NCBI GenBank assembly: GCA_965219535.1
Contig: CBDCNV010000001.1
Location: 1,140,001-1,172,000 of the forward strand
DNA from: Opitutales bacterium
GTDB lineage: Bacteria > Verrucomicrobiota > Verrucomicrobiia > Opitutales > PNEW01
Length of the DNA: 32,000 nucleotides
Reading direction: 5' to 3'
Shown here: positions 23,611 to 29,641 of the stretch, piece after piece
How positions within the stretch are numbered: the stretch's first letter is position 1
Layout of the letters: every line of letters starts with the position of its first letter
Notes under the pieces: generated by a model
The model's database searches: none
The model's input: the letters and a program-made list of their open reading frames with translations, nothing else
Told to the model about the DNA's origin: nothing
Made by a program: the position numbers and the translations under genes

Positions 23611-23827
23611 CCTCATTAATAGGATCTGCCGGTAAATCAATCTTCCCCAAATATATATCTTTACCAAGATTGAAACGGGTCCCATCGATATTGTTTTTAG
23701 TAGCCGATGCCGACGAGATGGAACTATGATCTGTGGTGCGTGGCGGTGCCGAATAATCGCCAGAACCCAAGGCGGTAAGAACAGGTAAGAGAATACAACA
23801 TGTCAAAAGACTGCTAATATATTTCAT
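23611..23827 (-). pseudogene. N-terminal half of the small secreted-protein gene split by IS copy 2
   Basis: The signal peptide MKYISSLLTCCILLPVLTALG is followed by ..GKDIYLGKIDLPADPINE. The frame runs into the IS end and stops at a TGA within the IS. Confidence 0.7.
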
Positions 23828-24207
23828 ATTTATAAGTATGTGTTTGTTTATAGGTTAACAATGTACGAAAACACTGAATTATAAACTTAGAGCCGTGACG
23901 CACCGTTTTCTTCCAGGAAAAAGTGATAAAAATTAAATTATTCAGTGTTAAGAGTTAAGAGACAGGTTCAAAGTGTCAGGCGGGAGTTGATTTTCTGTTA
24001 TTGCACTTTTTAAAATAAATGACATTGAACTATACAGGAAATTAGTTCGTTTTGAGAGACTAACCACTGCAAATGAATTTTATCCGAATTTACAGTAAGT
24101 GTAGCAGTGTAATATAAAGAAGAATGACCCTAAAATGCAGAGATTATAAACCTGGAGTTCCCAATCGTGATAAAGGTACTTCAGGTGATCAGGAAAAGAG
24201 GAGGCAA

Positions 24208-25314
24208 ATGAACTTTTCTTTTAAGAAGAGAATGTTTTTTGCGGTCATCGTTGTTGGGCTCTTTTTTGGAGGTCTTGAGTTAACCTGTTTTTTTGCCCGA
24301 CCACTCTATATCAATTTTCGCAAACTTGGTTTACCCGCTTATGCGGCAAGTAACATTCCCAGCACGATAAAATATACATTGAGAGAAAATGAGCTCTCAC
24401 ATCCTGATGCTGGCTTATTATTTCACGTTCAGCAAAATCCATCAGGAGAACCGATTCAGGGCTATACGGGTATTAACGTTTTAGGCTTTCGCGGTAATGT
24501 TTATGATCCAAATCTGCATGGTGATGATGAGACAAAGGTTATGATCCTCGGAGACTCGTGTGCTTTTGGTTGGGGCATTTTAGATTATCGCCTTACGTTT
24601 CAGTCAATATTGGAAGAGAGATTAGGTGAACAGTCAGGTAAATTTAAAGTCTACAACTTTTCACAGCCCGGCTACAGCAGCAGTCAAGGAAAAGTTGTAT
24701 TCGATAGGTGGTTTTCCAAGGTCAACCCGGACCTCCTCATTATTTACTTAGGATGGAATGATATCTGGGAAACACCCCTCTTAACGGACAACCAGTATCT
24801 AAACCTCTTGCAGTTTACTCATGCCCCTCCTCTTAAATGGATTCAAAAAACTCACACTTACCTCGCATTCGAATCACTTTATCAAACGTACATAAAACAA
24901 CCTACCGGCCAACATTCGCAGATTAATAAGAATGTGAGAGTTCCGATGGAGGATGCGATTGTTAATTTTAAAACTTTTGTCACCGCGGCAAGTGAACACA
25001 ATACCGAAATTATTCTTATCTTACCTCCTGTATCCAATCGTGCGCCGCTGTTAAGTGGTATTCTTAGCTATAATAATAAAATTCGTGATGAATTTTATAA
25101 AGATGCGATGGTTCTCAATTTAAAAGAAATGGATTACGATTCACCGAATTCATACGGGTTCTTTTTTCCAGATGGATTTCATCCCAATAATGAGGGAGCC
25201 AAATATATCGCAAGCCAACTGACTCCCCTATGTCAGCGAGTCGCTATGATGCATGGAGAAAGGAAGCGTACCCCCTTATCAATTTCGATGCTCGAGAGTG
25301 ATAAAGATTCTTGA
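24208..25314 (+). CDS. SGNH/GDSL-type hydrolase with an N-terminal membrane anchor
   Basis: ATG 24208 is preceded by aggagg. The TM segment is FFAVIVVGLFFGGLELTCFF. Block I is ILGDSCAFGWG, block III is GWNDIW and block V is DGFHPNNEG. Confidence 0.75.
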   Translation: MNFSFKKRMFFAVIVVGLFFGGLELTCFFARPLYINFRKLGLPAYAASNIPSTIKYTLRENELSHPDAGLLFHVQQNPSGEPIQGYTGINVLGFRGNVYDPNLHGDDETKVMILGDSCAFGWGILDYRLTFQSILEERLGEQSGKFKVYNFSQPGYSSSQGKVVFDRWFSKVNPDLLIIYLGWNDIWETPLLTDNQYLNLLQFTHAPPLKWIQKTHTYLAFESLYQTYIKQPTGQHSQINKNVRVPMEDAIVNFKTFVTAASEHNTEIILILPPVSNRAPLLSGILSYNNKIRDEFYKDAMVLNLKEMDYDSPNSYGFFFPDGFHPNNEGAKYIASQLTPLCQRVAMMHGERKRTPLSISMLESDKDS

Positions 25315-25351
25315 ATGGGGACACGCCAGTTTGGGGTATTGAGTAATTTAA

Positions 25352-25444
25352 CTCTTCGTCTTCGTCTTCGTCTGCCTCTTCGTCCATCGTATCGTAAGGA
25401 GTAAAAAAGCGGACGAAGACGAAGAGTCAGACGAAGACGAAGAT
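25352..25444. repeat. Foldback element R12 built from GACGAAG words
   Basis: The left arm is ctcttcgtcttcgtcttcgtctgcctcttcgtcc (25352-25385) and the right arm is ggacgaagacgaagagtcagacgaagacgaagat (25411-25444). The loop is 25 nt. Confidence 0.9.
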
Positions 25445-25532
25445 TATTTAGGTGTAAATACGAGTTAAGCCGCTTTTTCTTGATCTATACATAGGGTGTT
25501 TATAGGGTCTTTCTCGATCATTTATTTTGCTG

Positions 25533-26000
25533 ATGATATTTCGTGAAGCCATAGCCGAGGATATCCCGGCCATTTTTAAAGTACGCGTAAAAGTGAGAGA
25601 GAACTTCTTGTCTCTCCTGGAGTTGAGAAATATGGGGATAACGCAGGAAAGTGTGAAAGAGGCCTTTAAGTCTGATTGCAAAGGATGGGTAGCGGAATCC
25701 GATGATCTTATGGTCGGATTTTCTATTGCCAATAAACGGACGCGATCTGTTTGGGCCTTATTTGTTTTACCCGAATATGAAGGTCAGGGTATAGGTCGCG
25801 GGTTATTAGAATTGGCCATGCACTGGTTATGGGAACAGGGCTATGATGAAATCTGGTTGGATACCGGGGCCGATCCGCATTCTCGCGCTAATGGGTTTTA
25901 TAAATATTTAGGTTGGAAAATGAAAGAGACGACACTGCATGGACAATTTCGTTATACCTTCATGCGTCCTCTAAAAATAAATCAGCCCCTTAATTATTAG
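25533..26000 (+). CDS. GNAT family N-acetyltransferase
   Basis: It has the acetyl-CoA pocket FVLPEYEGQGIGRGLL and a C-terminal NGFYKYLGW. The start ATG 25533 is preferred over the track TTG at 25527. Confidence 0.8.
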   Translation: MIFREAIAEDIPAIFKVRVKVRENFLSLLELRNMGITQESVKEAFKSDCKGWVAESDDLMVGFSIANKRTRSVWALFVLPEYEGQGIGRGLLELAMHWLWEQGYDEIWLDTGADPHSRANGFYKYLGWKMKETTLHGQFRYTFMRPLKINQPLNY

Positions 26001-26015
26001 TTTTATTTTATAAAG

Positions 26016-26296
26016 CTTCGTCTACGTCTGATTCGCTGTAATAGGATTGAAGATATTTTTTAGGATTGGAGGGACGCACTCCGTTGCGTCCGCTATTATA
26101 TGAAGATTACGGCCACGATCAGCCGACGCCAAGGCTATGGCCGACAGGCAGGAGCGTGGCCCTCCAGACGGGCTGTTCCTTAGCACGCTTCTTTAATTAA
26201 GACAAATCTAACGCGGTAGGGACACCGCGTTCCACCTTGATTTTGTATTATATAGATGAATCGGACGAAGACGAAGAGGCAGACGAAGACGAAGAT
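26016..26296. repeat. Foldback mosaic element R13 (GACGAAG type)
   Basis: The left arm is cttcgtctacgtctgattcg (26016-26035). The right arm is gaatcggacgaagacgaagaggcagacgaagacgaagat (26258-26296) and is nearly identical to the R12 right arm. Inside are the hairpin ggacgca-ctccgt-tgcgtcc (26072-26091), the CGCCAAGGCTATGGC module (26121-26148) and caccgcgttccacc (26223-26236). Confidence 0.85.
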
Positions 26297-26549
26297 TACT
26301 AATTAACTCACAGTTTACTCCCTAGACTTCGACACCCATTTAATTGGACGAAAATCAATAGTAAATCCACTCTTCCAAGCATCCATTCTTCTGTTGGTCC
26401 TTCATTCCATTTTACTATTGTGTAAAACGAGCGTCTTAAAATATAAAGCTCACGTAATGCCTTTGCTTCCAGTTATAATGAATTGTTGTAAAGATTGGCA
26501 TTATACACGTATTTAAAAAGCAAATATAAATTAAAATTAAAAGATCCCC

Positions 26550-27281
26550 ATGAGTGAATTAGAAGGTAAAATCGCCATTGTTACAGGAGCCGGTACTGGT
26601 ATTGGTAAAGGTATTTCTCGAGCGTTAGCAGGTGCGGGCGCAAAGCTTGTGCTCGCTTCGCGTAATGAAGATAATCTGCAAAAGACCGCAGATGAACTAA
26701 AAGAATATAATTCGGAAGTTAAAGTAATTCCGACTGATATTACTAAAGAAGAAGCAGTCATCGCCTTATTCAAACAGACGATGGATAGTTTTGGGCGTCT
26801 GGATATCCTGATAAATAATTCGGGTATAAGTGTAGGTAAATCGATAGATGAATTATCACTTCGGGAATGGAGTCAGGTCGTCGATTTGAACCTCACAGGA
26901 ACGTTTCTCTGTAGTCGGGAAGCGATGAAAATCATGAAAGGGCAGGGAGGTGGAAGGATAGTCAATATTGGCAGCATTTCGGGCCAGATGCCTCGTCTGA
27001 ATTCAGCTCCTTATGTCGCGACCAAATTTGGAATTTCGGGATTAACGAAGGCTACCGCCCTCGAAGGGCGTGATTTTGGGGTTGCCGCCAGTTGTGTGCA
27101 TCCAGGCAATGTTGCGATCGAGCGGCGAGTGGCGAGTGATTCTGTCCAGGATCAGGAACCCATGATGTCTGTTGATGATATTGCAAAGGTTGTGCTCACC
27201 GCCGTTACTTTACCTCCCCATGTAAATATGTATGAGTGTATCACGCTACCCGTAGGGCAGCTGTACTTAGGGAGAGGATGA
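26550..27281 (+). CDS. SDR family oxidoreductase
   Basis: The 243-aa product has TGAGTGIGKG, NNSG and YVATKFG (YxxxK). Confidence 0.85.
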   Translation: MSELEGKIAIVTGAGTGIGKGISRALAGAGAKLVLASRNEDNLQKTADELKEYNSEVKVIPTDITKEEAVIALFKQTMDSFGRLDILINNSGISVGKSIDELSLREWSQVVDLNLTGTFLCSREAMKIMKGQGGGRIVNIGSISGQMPRLNSAPYVATKFGISGLTKATALEGRDFGVAASCVHPGNVAIERRVASDSVQDQEPMMSVDDIAKVVLTAVTLPPHVNMYECITLPVGQLYLGRG

Positions 27282-27287
27282 TTGAAT

Positions 27288-27521
27288 GGTCAAAAAGTCA
27301 AAAGGTCAAAAAGTCAAAAAGGGAATTGGGAAATGTGTGTATGCGATAAAGCGTGCATGCGGAATGCTTAGTGATATAGGATACTTTTAGCGATTACCGC
27401 TTTTGGGAGATGTCGTCCCACTACGGCGGGACTCGGTCCGCTTCACCACATAATCGCATGTGAGGATGTCGGACTTCGACCTCGGTACGCGTATACGCAT
27501 ATACTTTTCGACATTTTGACC
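27288..27521. repeat. Foldback mosaic element R14 (GTCAAAAG type)
   Basis: The left arm is ggtcaaaaagtcaaaaggtcaaaaagtcaaaaaggg (27288-27323). The inner module is gtatgcgataaagcgtgcatgcggaat. The module gaggatgtcggacttcgacctcggtacgc is at 27462-27490. The right arm is cttttcgacattttgacc (27504-27521). Confidence 0.85.
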
Positions 27522-27528
27522 TATAAAC

Positions 27529-28263
27529 TTAATTATTAGTCCTGATTAACCTGACGTTCTGCTTTAAAAACCAGTCATAAAATCGCTGAGGGTGAGTAAG
27601 TGCTGGTGGCACGGCACTACGTTGGATGTAGCCATTATTTACTGATATTCCACCCCACTTTTTAATAAGATCCTCGCGCACACGATAAGCTCTATCGCGC
27701 CACTCCCCAATCGGGATGCAGCTTTCCAAGCGCCCTGATTCATTCTTATCTGCTCTCACGACAATCTCTGCTGCCAGCGGATTTGCTCTACGGGTATGAG
27801 CATTCTGTTTCCATAGCTTCTTCTGTACTTCTCCTACAGAAACAACTTCTTTAACTACATAAAGACCTATAATAGCATATATTAGAGTATGCGTACACGC
27901 TTTAATTGGTCTCAAACTTGAATAAAAGGCAAGAACATCACCAGATTTCATACGGGACATATTAACGCCGCGTCTGGCACCATTATCACCATAAGTCAGT
28001 TCATTGAAATCCGGATCCAAGTGCATTTTTTTATTTAAGAGAGTATCTGGAAAATTAAGATCTCGCGCTAAATCCAATTTATATTTTTCACAAAACTGTT
28101 TTAATACTGGCAAGGTCTCGGTATAACAACGTTCCAGATGCTTATGGCTCGGCATAACTTCTGGTATGGGAAGGTAAACAAATTCCCTCGATTGCGGATC
28201 TATCGGCGCATTCCAATTACCAAAAGCGCTATCAATTCCAACCCTTACGAGCAGTGCTTTCAT
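27529..28263 (-). CDS. Hypothetical 244-aa protein (orphan; no family assigned with confidence)
   Basis: It is a clean ORF of normal composition, MKALLVRVGIDSAFGNWNAPIDP..EFVYLPIPE...GDVLAFYSSL...LIYAIIGLYVV. The N-terminal pattern faintly recalls uncharacterised nucleotide-modification-associated proteins, but that is memory only and is not verified. Confidence 0.6.
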   Translation of the reverse strand: MKALLVRVGIDSAFGNWNAPIDPQSREFVYLPIPEVMPSHKHLERCYTETLPVLKQFCEKYKLDLARDLNFPDTLLNKKMHLDPDFNELTYGDNGARRGVNMSRMKSGDVLAFYSSLRPIKACTHTLIYAIIGLYVVKEVVSVGEVQKKLWKQNAHTRRANPLAAEIVVRADKNESGRLESCIPIGEWRDRAYRVREDLIKKWGGISVNNGYIQRSAVPPALTHPQRFYDWFLKQNVRLIRTNN

Positions 28264-28268
28264 TTATT

Positions 28269-28555
28269 AGTCAAAAGGTCAAAAGGCATAGACTAGTGAA
28301 CAGTGAACGGTGAACAGTAAACAGTGATAGAGTCAAATCGATTGCTGATTTGCGAATTATACTAGCGGTTGTAAATTTTTTTCCCTGAACCCTGAACCCT
28401 GAACCCTGAACCCTGAACCCTGAACCCTGAACCCTGAACCCTAAACCGAGGGCGAAGCCCGACATCCTTAAAAAGAGTATAAGAGGAGCATCTTCCACAG
28501 ATCTCTGGTCTTCTCCTTTTGACCTTTTGACCTTTTGACTTTTTGACCTTTTGAC
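28269..28555. repeat. Foldback mosaic element R15 with several different word arrays
   Basis: The left arm is agtcaaaaggtcaaaagg (28269-28286). Five AGTGAAC-type units lie at 28295-28330, and the CCCTGAA array at 28383-28445. An rc copy of the gaggatgtcgg..cctcgg module is at 28446-28467. The right arm is ccttttgaccttttgaccttttgactttttgaccttttgac (28515-28555). Confidence 0.9.
28383..28445. repeat. Tandem heptamer array (CCCTGAA)x8 plus one CCCTAAA unit
   Basis: Eight perfect units start at 28383. The ninth unit is ccctaaa (28439-28445). Confidence 0.95.
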
Positions 28556-28595
28556 GCCATAGACGCCATATGCTGAGTTATCTGAAAATGCACTG

Positions 28596-29621
28596 ATGGA
28601 TACGGCAAATACAGCCCCAAAGATCTCTAGGAAGTGGTATATATTGCTCATACAATTTTCGATTATAATTATAATCCTAACCACATTTATATTATACGTA
28701 GTTTGGATGCCAAAAAATTCTTATTCAGGCCCTTTTCAACCGTTATCTGATGATGAGGAAATTACGCGTCGTCAGCTTGAAAAACATTTAAACATCTTGG
28801 CGAAAGAGATAGGGGAGCGAAATGTCTGGCAATATCAGGGCTTAATATCTTCTGCGAATTACATTGAAGAAGCGTTTACCGATTTAGGTTACGAGGTAAA
28901 ACAACAAGCATACAATGTTGATGGTGTAACCGTGACGAATCTTGAAGCTGAGTTATCAGGAACAACCTTACCCGACGAAATTGTCATTGTCGGTGCTCAT
29001 TATGATTCGGTCAATGGTTGTCCCGGCGCTAACGATAATGCCTCTGGGGTTGCCGGGCTAATTGAAGCAGCTCGTCTCCTGTCTAATAATAAACTATCCC
29101 GGACCGTCCGCTTTATCGCATTTGTTAATGAAGAACCGCCCTTCTTCCAAACTTCTCGAATGGGCAGCCTTGTTTACGCGACCCGTTCCAGGCAGCGCGG
29201 TGAAAAAATTATTGCCATGCTTTCACTTGAAACGATCGGCTATTACTCAGATGATGTGGGCAGCCAGCGATATCCCTTTCCTTTTAGTTTCTTTTATCCG
29301 AATGTTGCCAATTTCATCGGCTTTGTCGGAAATCTTTCATCGCGTGGTTTGGTGCGACAGGCGATTGCTACTTTTCGGGAAAATACACCCTTTCCCTCCG
29401 AAGGGACCGCGGCACCTGGATGGGTAACCGGGGTAGGGTGGTCGGATCACTGGTCTTTTTGGAAGGCCGGCTACCCTGCAATTATGATAACCGATACCGC
29501 GCTTTTCCGTTATGATTATTACCACACGCCGGCTGATACACCGGACAAGATTGACTATCCCCGGATGGCGCGTGTGGTGAATGGTATCGCACATATAATC
29601 AACGGCCTTGCCACAAATTGA
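28596..29621 (+). CDS. M28 family metallopeptidase (aminopeptidase) with an N-terminal TM anchor
   Basis: It has VGAHYDSVNGCPGANDNASGVAGLIEAARLL, FVNEEPPFF and SDHWSFWKAGYPAIMITDT blocks. Confidence 0.85.
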   Translation: MDTANTAPKISRKWYILLIQFSIIIIILTTFILYVVWMPKNSYSGPFQPLSDDEEITRRQLEKHLNILAKEIGERNVWQYQGLISSANYIEEAFTDLGYEVKQQAYNVDGVTVTNLEAELSGTTLPDEIVIVGAHYDSVNGCPGANDNASGVAGLIEAARLLSNNKLSRTVRFIAFVNEEPPFFQTSRMGSLVYATRSRQRGEKIIAMLSLETIGYYSDDVGSQRYPFPFSFFYPNVANFIGFVGNLSSRGLVRQAIATFRENTPFPSEGTAAPGWVTGVGWSDHWSFWKAGYPAIMITDTALFRYDYYHTPADTPDKIDYPRMARVVNGIAHIINGLATN

Positions 29622-29641
29622 ATATTGAAAGTTTTTATTGC

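Noticed and set aside
28383-28445. (CCCTGAA)x8 plus CCCTAAA might be a telomere-like repeat or a CRISPR array.
   Set aside because: The array is internal to a bacterial intergenic spacer. It has a 7-nt period with no spacers, so it is not CRISPR. It differs by one base from the plant-type CCCTAAA unit and shows no other sign of a replicon end.
3209-28555. The region might be an integron-like gene-cassette array, with the foldbacks acting as attC sites.
   Set aside because: There is no intI gene or attI site in the window. Genes lie in both orientations. Arm words are GTCNAAG rather than the RYYYAAC/GTTRRRY core sites. Element lengths range from 80 to 455 bp with internal modules unlike attC.
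28271-28684. A 137-aa ORF (..GFRVQGSGFRVQGSGFRVQG..).
   Set aside because: It reads through the CCCTGAA and GTCAAAAG arrays of R15 and overlaps the start of the M28 peptidase gene. It is an artefact of the periodic repeats.
24124-29641. The track gives longer N-terminal extensions for 24124-25314, 25527-26000 and 29618-31921, and for 11714-12829 and 5601-6551 elsewhere in the window.
   Set aside because: Internal ATGs give better starts: aggagg precedes 24208, a signal peptide begins at 29642, alignment to the paralogue supports 11729, and the Rossmann N-terminus begins at 6509. Several of the extensions are encoded by repeat arms or overlap the upstream gene.
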